Below, in pieces: positions 1-8,346 of a stretch of DNA of 64,000 nucleotides. Source of the stretch: Thermodesulfovibrionales bacterium (GTDB lineage: Bacteria > Nitrospirota > Thermodesulfovibrionia > Thermodesulfovibrionales > UBA1546). The number at the start of each line of letters is the position of its first letter. Positions within the stretch are counted from its first letter, which is position 1. The notes below the pieces were generated by a model. It saw nothing but the letters and a program-made list of their open reading frames with translations, searched no databases and was not told where the DNA came from. Location of the stretch: assembly GCA_049302185.1 (NCBI GenBank), contig JBAQLV010000013.1:166084-230083 (forward strand), given 5' to 3'. The position numbers and the translations under genes were made by a program.

Positions 1-1516
1 CTCTATAAGCCGCCTTGTAAAGATCTACAGGCGTATACAAGGCATCGCTGTGCTCTGCAACCCACTGGTCAGGCCCGTTGTAATATCCCCTGATGGTTAT
101 ATAGTTATGATTTTCCTGAAGGATTGGATTGTCTTCAGGGTCAAGGATGTCTTTGTGAGACTCGTATTTTCTCGGGTCGGTTGATGGTTCTATTTTTGTG
201 CTTCCGGTCATGTATATAGCCCTGACATAGACCGAGGGTATCCCAATCCGGTTAAGTTCATGGGCTAAAGCAAACTCTTCAAAGGGGCTGTTTATCCCGA
301 ATTGACGGATTTTGGGATTATAGCTGCCATTTTCCTCCATGTTATGCATTTCACCTACGCGGGAAGTTTTCCAGACAAGGTGAATATTATCTTTTGTTAT
401 CGTATAAAACACTTCTTTTGAAAATGACAATCTGATGGAAGGAGTCTTCCTCCACCTTTCAGGAAGGAAATAATCGAACAGATGTGCATTCTTTCCGACA
501 ACCCACAACCTGCCCCCTGTGCTCTCTGCGTGTCCATAAATGTAAGGTACGCCGAATATTTCTTTGTAAGACAGATGAGAGGGCAAAGGAGTCGGCGTGA
601 AACGGTTAAGCTGGTCATCAAGATATGAATGTCGTCTGGAAGATTTAACCGCATCCTCATATTCAGGTGTGCGTGACAGTAGCTCATAATCAATCACAGA
701 ATAGTTGCCGTCATTCAGCAGTTGATATAACAGCTCAATCTGTTTTCTTGGGGCATCAATATCCTGAGCGCTGCCAATCTCTTTGATGCGTTCAGTATTC
801 TCTTCACTGATTATGATATGTTCCGGTTTCATATCAGCAACGAGATATCCTTTTTTGTTTAAGTCACCTATCCCCTTGTAGTTAATCTTTTTGAGATGGT
901 TTATAAGCTCAGCGCTGTCCACATTGATAAGTTCAAAAACTTCGATAAGATTTTTGCCTTTAATCCATTCATAGATGAGTTTGTACTGCTTTAATATATC
1001 CAGATCAATGCCCGGATGTTTTGCCCTTATGCGGTTGATTTTTTCGCGCGACCTTCCGCTCTGCCATAACTGCATCTTTTCAGGCGGCACATAAATAGCC
1101 ATTGGTCTTTGTGTATTAACCCTCATCTCTTTCGGGCCATAGGTGTTTTCACGCATCTCCGTGACCAAAGAAAACTCTTCCCACGGGCTGTTGAACTCGG
1201 CGTCACAGAATTCTTCCAGAGTATGCGTATCCAGAGGAACGTCTTCTCCAACACGGCAGTTCTTGACTACAAGGTCAAGGCTTTTACCCTTAACCTCTTT
1301 TGTAGGAACCTTGTAAACAGAACTTGTGCCTTTAAGCCTAATCTTGTGTTTGTCGAACCAGTTCTTTTCATACCAGTTTGTGATATCAAAATGTTCTTCA
1401 TGGGGTTCGGCAAAACGTGTGAGATAAAGGTCTCCGCCGTCACTGGTTTTTGTGTGGACATACACAACGCCCAATACGTTGACGAGAGATTTTTTTGATA
1501 GTGTCTTTTCCAATTG
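1..1516 (-). CDS. Partial CDS running off the left edge (C-terminus outside the window); protein-kinase-like fold protein. Start uncertain (GTG/TTG candidates near 1465-1500, or ATG at 1156).
   Basis: Manual translation of the minus strand in the frame whose top coordinate is 1 mod 3 is open from 1516 to position 1. It contains a kinase catalytic-loop-like motif VADMKPEHIII followed by IDYELL. It is absent from the ORF track only because its stop lies outside the window; 1109..1498(+) and 1267..1527(-) are shadow ORFs. Confidence 0.5.
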
Positions 1517-1544
1517 CTAAATTCCAAATTATCTTGAAATACCC

Positions 1545-1640
1545 CTCACCCTTGCCCTCTCCCGCAGGGGGAGAGGAGAAATCGGTGGAAGGTGTCCTAT
1601 AAAACTTTCCCCTCCCTCGATGGGAGGGGTTAGGGGAGGG
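1545..1640. repeat. GC-rich hairpin repeats downstream of pckG (ACCCCTCACCC…CCCTCTCCC-gca-GGGGGAGAGG and CCCCTCCC-tcgat-GGGAGGGG-tta-GGGGAGGG)
   Basis: Inverted repeats read from the sequence; a related copy lies at 3507-3553 on the other side of pckG. Confidence 0.6.
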
Positions 1641-1649
1641 TGAAATATT

Positions 1650-3440
1650 TCATCCTCCAAGCCGTGCCTTAAGTTCCTTCAACTGCTTTTCAAGCCTTTC
1701 AGGCAGACGGCTGCCGAATGTTGCAAAATGTTTCTCAATATCCAGTATCTCAGCCTTCCATTCATCAAGGTCAACCTTCGTAAGCTCTTCCATGTTTTCA
1801 GCAGATAGCCCTATGCCATTAAGGTCAAGGCCTCGATCCACAGGCAATAAACCTATAGCTGATTTCTTTGCGTCAACCTTGTTGTCTGTGCGTTCGCACA
1901 TCCACTTAAGCACACGGCTGTTGTCGCTGAATCCGGGCCATAAAAATCTTCCATCATGGTTTTTCCTGAACCAGTTAACATAGAAAATCCTCGGGGCTTT
2001 AGAGCCGAGCCTGTCGCCTATATTGAGCCAGTGCTGAAAATAATCACCCATATTGTAGCTGCAAAAAGGTTTCATGGCGAAAGGATCCCTTCTCAAATTA
2101 CCAACTTCTCCGATATTGGCGAATGTGGTCTCAGAGGCTGCGGTTGCACCGAGGAAAACACCATGTTCCCATGAATAAGCCTCATAAACCAAAGGGACAA
2201 CACTGCTCCTTCTGCCGCCGAATATGAAAATATCTATAGGAACGCCATTTGGGTTTTCCCAGTCTTTGCAAATCACCGGGCACTGGGACGCAGGCGCCGT
2301 AAAGCGGGCATTAGGATGTGCTGCATCGCCCTTGCTTTCAGGTGTCCAGTCATGCCCCTTCCAGTCAATGAGATGGGATGGGACATCATCATTAATACCT
2401 TCCCACCACACATCACCGTCATCTGTAAGGGCGCAGTTAGTGAAAATAACATTCTCTTTCAGAGTATCCATTGCCATAGGATTGGTGTCATAAGAAGTGC
2501 CGGGAGCCATGCCAAAGAAGCCGTTTTCAGGGTTAATGGCATAAAGGCGTCCGTCAGTGCCAATCTTCATCCACGCAATGTCGTCGCCGATGCATTCGCA
2601 TTTCCAGCCTTTGATTGAAGGCTGCATCATGGCTAAATTAGTCTTGCCGCAGGCAGATGGGAATGCAGCAGCAATGTGATACTGCTTTCCCTCAGGATTG
2701 GTGAGTCTCAGTATGAGCATATGCTCTGCCATCCAGCCTTCTCTTTTGGCGATAGCAGATGCTATTCTCAGCGCAAGGCATTTTTTGCCGAGCAAAGCAT
2801 TGCCGCCGTAACCTGAACCGAATGACCATATCAGGTTTTCCTCAGGGAAATGGCTTATGTATTTTTTCTCAATCGGAGCGCAGGGCCACTGGACATCCTT
2901 CTGTCCCTTGGCTAATGGCGCGCCTATTGAATGGAGGCAGGGAATAAAATCCTCACCCGCATTAAGAAGTTCCATGACTCTGGCGCTTACGCGGGTCATG
3001 ATATGCATGCTTATAACAACATAAGGGCTGTCTGTAATCTCTACCCCTATCTTTGAGATTGGAGAACCTATCGGCCCCATTGAAAAAGGAATCACATACA
3101 TTGTGCGTCCCTTCATGCAGCCCTTGTATAGCTGCTTCATGGTGTCTTTTAGTTCAATTGGATCAATCCAGTTATTTGTAGGGCCTGCCGCATCTTTTGT
3201 GGATGTGCTTATGAATGTGCGGTCCTCAACGCGCGCCACATCGCTTGGGTCAGAGCGGAAAAGATAGCTGTTAGGCCGTTTCTTAAGCGGAATGGCGCTG
3301 CCGCTTGCAATCAGCTTTGACATCATAAGGTTATACTCTTCCTTAGTCCCGTTACATAAATAAATATCATCAGGCTGGCACATCTCTGCAACTTCTTTAA
3401 TCCAGTTGTTCAGTTTTTCATTTTTTGTCAAAGCAGGCAT
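1650..3440 (-). CDS. pckG: Phosphoenolpyruvate carboxykinase (GTP)
   Basis: 596 aa with GTP-PEPCK signatures: [13 protein letters not shown] (P-loop), [13 protein letters not shown] (kinase-1a), WMAEHMLIL; the length is typical of the family. Confidence 0.95.
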   Translation of the reverse strand: MPALTKNEKLNNWIKEVAEMCQPDDIYLCNGTKEEYNLMMSKLIASGSAIPLKKRPNSYLFRSDPSDVARVEDRTFISTSTKDAAGPTNNWIDPIELKDTMKQLYKGCMKGRTMYVIPFSMGPIGSPISKIGVEITDSPYVVISMHIMTRVSARVMELLNAGEDFIPCLHSIGAPLAKGQKDVQWPCAPIEKKYISHFPEENLIWSFGSGYGGNALLGKKCLALRIASAIAKREGWMAEHMLILRLTNPEGKQYHIAAAFPSACGKTNLAMMQPSIKGWKCECIGDDIAWMKIGTDGRLYAINPENGFFGMAPGTSYDTNPMAMDTLKENVIFTNCALTDDGDVWWEGINDDVPSHLIDWKGHDWTPESKGDAAHPNARFTAPASQCPVICKDWENPNGVPIDIFIFGGRRSSVVPLVYEAYSWEHGVFLGATAASETTFANIGEVGNLRRDPFAMKPFCSYNMGDYFQHWLNIGDRLGSKAPRIFYVNWFRKNHDGRFLWPGFSDNSRVLKWMCERTDNKVDAKKSAIGLLPVDRGLDLNGIGLSAENMEELTKVDLDEWKAEILDIEKHFATFGSRLPERLEKQLKELKARLGG

Positions 3441-3506
3441 CAGTTTTTCTCCTTTAAGATTATGATGCTATCACCGAAATACTTTTTTAAAAAAGGGGAT
3501 TTAAAT

Positions 3507-3553
3507 TAACCCCACCCAGCCTCCCCTTATTTAAGGGGAGGTGTGGAGGGGTT
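3507..3553. repeat. GC-rich nested hairpin upstream of pckG (AACCCCACC-cag-CCTCCCC-ttatttaa-GGGGAGG-tgt-GGAGGGGTT)
   Basis: Shares the ACCCC(T)CACCC…CCTC(C)CC…GGGGAGG modules with 1545-1576. Confidence 0.6.
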
Positions 3554-3716
3554 ACCTTCAGCGTCAGCAAATATATTCAATTATACGAATTATGCCATCA
3601 GAAAATCCAGAGTCATGCGCAGTCAGTGGTTTTAGGTGAAGAGCTTAATTGACTTTAACATGGAAAACTATTATAGTTAAAACTGCTTTGAAAAAATTAT
3701 TAGACAGGTTAATATT

Positions 3717-4358
3717 TTGGATTTTACAGATATAATTCGGCAGATAGTCCTCCTTGCTTTTCCTGTCCTCACAGCAGTTACATTTCATGAGCTTGCTCAT
3801 GGTTATGTTGCAGACAGGCTCGGCGACCCGACTGCAAGGCTTGCAGGAAGGCTTACGATTAATCCCTTAAAACATCTTGATCCGATAGGCACCCTGGTAT
3901 TTGTCATTACGCGGATGATTGGATGGGCAAAGCCTGTTCCTGTGAATCCGTATAATCTGAGGAACCCGAAAAAGGATATGATATGGGTGTCCCTTGCAGG
4001 ACCTGCAGCTAATTTGATTATTGCTGTTCTCGCGTCTGTTGTTTTCAGGTTACTGCTGAACTTGCCTGTTTCTCCTTTTAGCGATCTGGGGCAAAAAATC
4101 CTTGATCCTCTTATCCTTATAACCCGGATTACTGTTACGATTAATATCGGTCTTGGGGTTTTTAATCTGATTCCTGTGCCGCCGCTTGATGGAAGCAAGA
4201 TATTGATGGGACTATTGCCTCACAGGCAGGCGGCTGCTTACAGCAGAATTGAGCCTTACGGTTTTTTTATCCTGCTTGCGCTTATATTCCTGAGAATTAC
4301 AGACTACGTCATAGTCCCGATAATAATTCTCATAAGATACCTTCTTTTAGGACAATAA
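3717..4358 (+). CDS. Site-2-protease-like zinc metalloprotease (peptidase M50 family), polytopic membrane protein
   Basis: HExxH motif (FHELAHGYVADRLGD) in the first transmembrane segment, multiple hydrophobic helices, and a conserved LDG motif near the C-terminus (PPLDGSKIL). Confidence 0.7.
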   Translation: MDFTDIIRQIVLLAFPVLTAVTFHELAHGYVADRLGDPTARLAGRLTINPLKHLDPIGTLVFVITRMIGWAKPVPVNPYNLRNPKKDMIWVSLAGPAANLIIAVLASVVFRLLLNLPVSPFSDLGQKILDPLILITRITVTINIGLGVFNLIPVPPLDGSKILMGLLPHRQAAAYSRIEPYGFFILLALIFLRITDYVIVPIIILIRYLLLGQ

Positions 4359-4369
4359 CACTACATGGT

Positions 4370-5332
4370 TTATTTAAGTATCCCTTTTACAATCACATCC
4401 ACCGCCTCTTCAGGTGTCAGGCCATGTGCCATAAGGGTCTCCATCTGTCTTTTATCAACGCTGCCGATGGCTGCCTCATGGGTCACTTTTGCGAGAGGAT
4501 GGGTGACATTTACGATCGGGATTGCTTTTGCTGTTGCATTGTCTTTTACTATCTCCATGCAATCAACATGTCCTCTTGCACCTTCTGCGTTACCCTCTGT
4601 GATGCCTGTGACTTCTGCCTTTGCCTCATCCTCAAGGGCAACCCTTGTCTTTATCAATCCCCTTGAATTCTTGCCGGCAAGCACAACCCTTTCCTTTATA
4701 TTGATTTCGTCATTAGCGTGTCCGAAGACCCTTGCCGTGAGTTCCGTTACAGCGTTCTCCCCCGCTTCAACGGAATAATCAATACCAAGCTTTCCGACCC
4801 TTCCCGTGGTCAGGGTAAAATCCGTAAAATAGCGGCCATTCTTTCCGATCTTCACAATTGACTTCGGGATGACCTCAATGCCTCCATACAACCCATGAAA
4901 GTGCGTTTCCGAATAGCGCATCTCGGCTCCCTCACCGATTTCAACCACCGCATCCATGATATGCCTCACCTTTTCAGCCTTTGGGAATATGCAGTGTGCG
5001 ATGAAATGAGCGGAACTGTTACTTTCTAATTTTATATCCATTTTTATTTTCTGTGTTCCCTTTTTATGCAGAACTCCAAAGCAGAGGTGAACAGGGTTCT
5101 TTATTTTGAATCCCTCTTTGACAATGACTCTTGCAGAGATGCCAGTAAGTGTTTCCTTTGCATCTACTTCAATGCCTTCAACCTTATTAGCGCTTAATAT
5201 TTTATGTCCGCTCGCGACAAGGTGCGCTATCTCATTATTTTCAAGGATAGCCTTGTCGCCTCCTGCCTCTCCATATGCCTTCATCAACGTATCAAGATCA
5301 GACATAGGCGCACACCTCTCCGTCACAGACAA
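4370..5332 (-). CDS. Fe-S cluster assembly protein of the SufB/SufD family
   Basis: 320 aa; the C-terminal region resembles the SufBD family (…EAAIGSVDKRQMETLMAHGLTPEEAVDVIVKGILK). It lies directly downstream of sufC and overlaps it, the typical sufCB(D) arrangement. Confidence 0.75.
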   Translation of the reverse strand: MSVTERCAPMSDLDTLMKAYGEAGGDKAILENNEIAHLVASGHKILSANKVEGIEVDAKETLTGISARVIVKEGFKIKNPVHLCFGVLHKKGTQKIKMDIKLESNSSAHFIAHCIFPKAEKVRHIMDAVVEIGEGAEMRYSETHFHGLYGGIEVIPKSIVKIGKNGRYFTDFTLTTGRVGKLGIDYSVEAGENAVTELTARVFGHANDEINIKERVVLAGKNSRGLIKTRVALEDEAKAEVTGITEGNAEGARGHVDCMEIVKDNATAKAIPIVNVTHPLAKVTHEAAIGSVDKRQMETLMAHGLTPEEAVDVIVKGILK

Positions 5333-6014
5333 AACATTTTCTCGATTTATAGTATTCAGCCACCTTCTCGGGGCTGCCAGAACAAACTATTCTCCCATTA
5401 CAGATTTGGGAGGCCCTGTCAGCGATTAACACGATCTCCTCTCTGTGGGTAATCAAAAGCACAGATGAACCATTTTTCTTGAAGGCATTGATGACATTGA
5501 CGATATCCTGAGTAGAAAGCATGTCGATGCCCGAATCCGGTTCGTCAAGGATAGCAAGTTTTGGATTCAATGCAAGAATGGATGCAAGCTCAATCCGTTT
5601 CCTCTCGCCTCCGCTTAAGGATTTGTCAACCATTCTGTGAAGATATAGTTCAGGATGGAGTCCAACCATCTCAAGATAATATGAAGGATTTATGTCTTTA
5701 TTTTTGAGTCTGAGATAATCGCTGACGCTTATCCCCTCAAACCTTACCGGCTCCTGCCATGCCATGGTTATGCCCAGTTTTGACCGTTCCTGGATTTTTA
5801 GGGTGTTTATCGTTTTGCCCTCAAATATTATTTCACCTGATGACGGCATGTAACCTTCGCATCCCATTATCAAATACGCGAGGGTGCTCTTACCTGTGCC
5901 GTTTGTGCCTAAAAGGGCATGGACTTCGGATGGCTCAATGGTCATGGAGAAATCATCGAGGATCGTTTTATCCCCAGCCCCGTATGTAAGCCCATTGATT
6001 TCAAGCAGAAGCAT
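5298..6014 (-). CDS. sufC: Fe-S cluster assembly ATPase SufC (ABC ATPase)
   Basis: Walker A GTNGTGKST, ABC signature LSGGERKRIEL, Walker B ILDEPDSGID. The start was moved to the internal Met (MLLLEINGL…) because the 17 residues upstream are hydrophobic junk. Confidence 0.88.
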   Translation of the reverse strand: MLLLEINGLTYGAGDKTILDDFSMTIEPSEVHALLGTNGTGKSTLAYLIMGCEGYMPSSGEIIFEGKTINTLKIQERSKLGITMAWQEPVRFEGISVSDYLRLKNKDINPSYYLEMVGLHPELYLHRMVDKSLSGGERKRIELASILALNPKLAILDEPDSGIDMLSTQDIVNVINAFKKNGSSVLLITHREEIVLIADRASQICNGRIVCSGSPEKVAEYYKSRKCFVCDGEVCAYV

Positions 6015-6361
6015 ATAATCTTCTCCTGTCATAATTTTATAACATAAAAACAGAAATAACAGCACCTATGAGAACAACGTGGAGGATATCTACTTTCATG
6101 AACAATGCAATTAATGCTGCAAATCCAAAAATTGCCTTCATAATGTCCCAATTAAATGAGAAATCTGTCAATACAGAGTAAATATCAAATACGATCCACC
6201 CGTAGCACAACCTGACATGAATCCAATCCCTATGATAAATATAAACAAAACCACCGCCCATATTGGTTTTTTGATATTGAATTCTTTATCCATTGAGCCT
6301 CGTTATAGAGGAGTATATTTTGATTTAGAATATCACAATACAAGAAAAAATATAAGAAATA

Positions 6362-6871
6362 TCAAGGTGATTTATCCGTTATATTTTTAATGAGAATATT
6401 CCCTATGAACCCGTTCATAACCCCTGTGATTGTTCCTAAGAGAATCAGAAGAGGAGTTACTATTAAGATAGCTTCAAGCTGCCGGACGAATAACAGATAT
6501 GCGATAAAAAGCTGTGAGACATTATGGAATAATGCGCCGATTAGGCTGAGACCTACAGGGCCGAAGAGTCTTGGAAATAGTGAGAATATAATCCCCATTG
6601 CTGCGGTGCTTGAAACACCGCCGCAGAAGCTCATAATAAATCCGGGGCCGAGGAATGTGCCTATGAATATTGATGAAAGGATTACCCTTATAAGCGTCAC
6701 CATCATGGCTGACCTGAAACCATAAAGGACGAGAGTTGCGAGCGTGATTATGTTTGCAATGCCAAGCCTGAGCCATGGGATTGGCGTTGGCAGAAGATTT
6801 TCAAAGCTGTGGATTGCAATTGCATACGCTGAGAGCAGCGCTATGCGGTGCTTATCCTGTGATTGCATCAA
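6362..6871 (-). CDS. Gx-transporter / heptaprenyl-diphosphate-synthase-component-I-like membrane protein (Hpre_diP_synt_I family)
   Basis: 169 aa with about 5 TM helices; the sequence pattern matches the ECF-like Gx transporter family that commonly accompanies apbE and NusG-II (DUF1312) genes. Confidence 0.55.
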   Translation of the reverse strand: MMQSQDKHRIALLSAYAIAIHSFENLLPTPIPWLRLGIANIITLATLVLYGFRSAMMVTLIRVILSSIFIGTFLGPGFIMSFCGGVSSTAAMGIIFSLFPRLFGPVGLSLIGALFHNVSQLFIAYLLFVRQLEAILIVTPLLILLGTITGVMNGFIGNILIKNITDKSP

Positions 6872-7265
6872 TGGTCTTATTCTCTCTGCCTTCTGAACCT
6901 TCTATGAATACCATTACCCTGTTAGGAAGGCATACGACTGCGCCTCTGTCTATCCATCCCTGATGCACGCATATTTTATTGGGGCAGGGGGATTCTTTTA
7001 TCCGCACCTTTCTGTTTTTAATTTCCACTACGGTGTCTCCGTTTATGCCTTTCACAGCGATTGTTGCATTGCTGTTGAGCGGAAGTTTGTATGCGAGCTT
7101 CCCGTTAACTTCAATTCTGACATCTGTTCCCTGAGGGAATGCCTCTTTAATAAAAATAAACCCTGAGATAGATATGATTATAAGCACTGCGAGCAGCAGT
7201 ATGTCCGCAAGCGTCATTCTCTCAGTCAGTTCTTTTTCGCCTCTGCGAATCTCCGATAATTTCAA
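6852..7265 (-). CDS. NusG domain II-containing protein (DUF1312), N-terminal TM anchor
   Basis: 137 aa with one N-terminal TM helix and a beta-rich domain (VRIEVNGKLAYKLPLNSNATIAVKGINGDTVVEIKNRKVRI). It overlaps both neighbours, so it is in an operon with apbE and the Gx transporter gene. Confidence 0.55.
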   Translation of the reverse strand: MKLSEIRRGEKELTERMTLADILLLAVLIIISISGFIFIKEAFPQGTDVRIEVNGKLAYKLPLNSNATIAVKGINGDTVVEIKNRKVRIKESPCPNKICVHQGWIDRGAVVCLPNRVMVFIEGSEGRENKTIDAITG

Positions 7266-8346
7266 GCTTTCCTCTCAGGTTTGGTGTTATGTGTATTTTG
7301 CCATTTTTATCCACAATTATTCCATCAATCCCCATCTCCTCAAGGAGTTTAATGCCTTTTTCAGCGCCGAGTATAAATATGCCTGTTGAAAAAGGGTCTG
7401 TTACAGAGCCGTCTTTTGCAATGATGCTTACGCTTTGACACCCATCGGCGGGATAGCCTGTTTTTGGATTAAGGATATGATGGTATCGTTTCCCTTCAAT
7501 AATAAAGTATCGCTCGTAATCTCCGGATGTTGATATTGCCATGTCAGTCATCTCTATAGTTGCCATAATCTCATCCGAAAATCCCCCATAACCCCCCTTT
7601 ACTAAAGGGGGGTTATGGGGGATTGCTCTTGGGTTTCTTATCCCTATCTTCCACGGCTTTGAATCAGGCTTTAAACCAAATGCTTTAATGTCACCTGCAA
7701 TGGATACGAGCCCTGATTTTATGCCTTCTCTTTTCAGCGCTTCCATTGTCTTGTCAGCAGCATATCCCTTTGCTATGCCTCCGAGGTCAATAAGCATTCC
7801 TTTTTTCTTGAGATAAACAGATGACGATTTTTTGTTGAGTATTATATTTTTATAGTTTACAAGCGGAAGCCTTTCTTTGATTTTTTTGTCTTCAGGTTTT
7901 GTCCTCTTATGAAAATCCCACAGGGTTGTTACAGAGCCTATTGTCACATCAAATGCGCCGTTGGTTTTTCCGGAGGCATAGACTGCCTTCTCAAGAACTG
8001 CAAATGTCTCCGGAGACACTACCACAGCTTTCAAGCCTGCATTTCTGTTTATCTCTGAAAGCTCGCTGTTGTCAGAGAAGAAATTCAGTAGCCTGTCAAG
8101 TTTTTCTATCTCCGAGAACGCCCTGTCTATTGCTTTCTCTGCATCATGACCAGAGCCTGAGACAACGCTTATTGTTACTGTGGTATCCATCACTATCCTG
8201 CTTTTGCGGTAAACCTTTTCCTTTTGAGGACTGCAGGCGCTGAGAGTGAATAGTGAATAGTGAATAGTGAACAGCAGGAAAACAGTGAACAGTGAAAGAA
8301 TAAAAAATTTGAATTTTGAATTTTGAATTTTAAACTTTTTTATCAT
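7222..8346 (-). CDS. apbE: FAD:protein FMN transferase ApbE, lipoprotein
   Basis: 374 aa; lipobox LSAC after a signal peptide; ApbE family motifs (TIGSVTTLWDF, IDLGGIAKGYAAD, AISTSGDYERYF). It carries an in-frame palindromic insert (IPHNPPLVKGGYGGF) and a heptamer-repeat-encoded signal peptide. Confidence 0.85.
   Translation of the reverse strand: MIKKFKIQNSKFKFFILSLFTVFLLFTIHYSLFTLSACSPQKEKVYRKSRIVMDTTVTISVVSGSGHDAEKAIDRAFSEIEKLDRLLNFFSDNSELSEINRNAGLKAVVVSPETFAVLEKAVYASGKTNGAFDVTIGSVTTLWDFHKRTKPEDKKIKERLPLVNYKNIILNKKSSSVYLKKKGMLIDLGGIAKGYAADKTMEALKREGIKSGLVSIAGDIKAFGLKPDSKPWKIGIRNPRAIPHNPPLVKGGYGGFSDEIMATIEMTDMAISTSGDYERYFIIEGKRYHHILNPKTGYPADGCQSVSIIAKDGSVTDPFSTGIFILGAEKGIKLLEEMGIDGIIVDKNGKIHITPNLRGKLEIIGDSQRRKRTD
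7581..7623. repeat. Nested palindromic element copy 1 (ATCCCCCATAACCCCCCTTTA-C-TAAAGGGGGGTTATGGGGGAT), in-frame inside apbE
   Basis: 21 bp perfect arms. Encodes IPHNPPLVKGGYGGF on the minus strand. Confidence 0.8.
8245..8335. repeat. Heptamer tandem arrays (AGTGAAT)n / (AACAGTG)n / (TTTTGAA)n encoding the apbE signal peptide and N-terminus
   Basis: Period-7 repeats read directly from the sequence. Translated on the minus strand they give MIKKFKIQNSKFKFFILSLFTVFLLFTIHYSLFTLSA. Confidence 0.7.

Noticed and set aside
1109-1527. ORF-track entries 1109..1498(+) and 1267..1527(-)
   Set aside because: Both are shadow ORFs inside the real minus-strand kinase-like gene, which uses the third frame and runs off the window edge.
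1792-2947. Several plus-strand ORFs (1792..1983, 1956..2174, 2224..2493, 2316..2618, 2759..2947) inside pckG
   Set aside because: They are antisense to a high-confidence 596-aa PEPCK gene, with no RBS or motif content; typical shadow ORFs.
6037-6261. 74-aa minus-strand ORF upstream of sufC
   Set aside because: It overlaps the sufC N-terminal extension. The first 40 residues are implausible; only the last ~34 aa look like a hydrophobic peptide. Not enough evidence to call.
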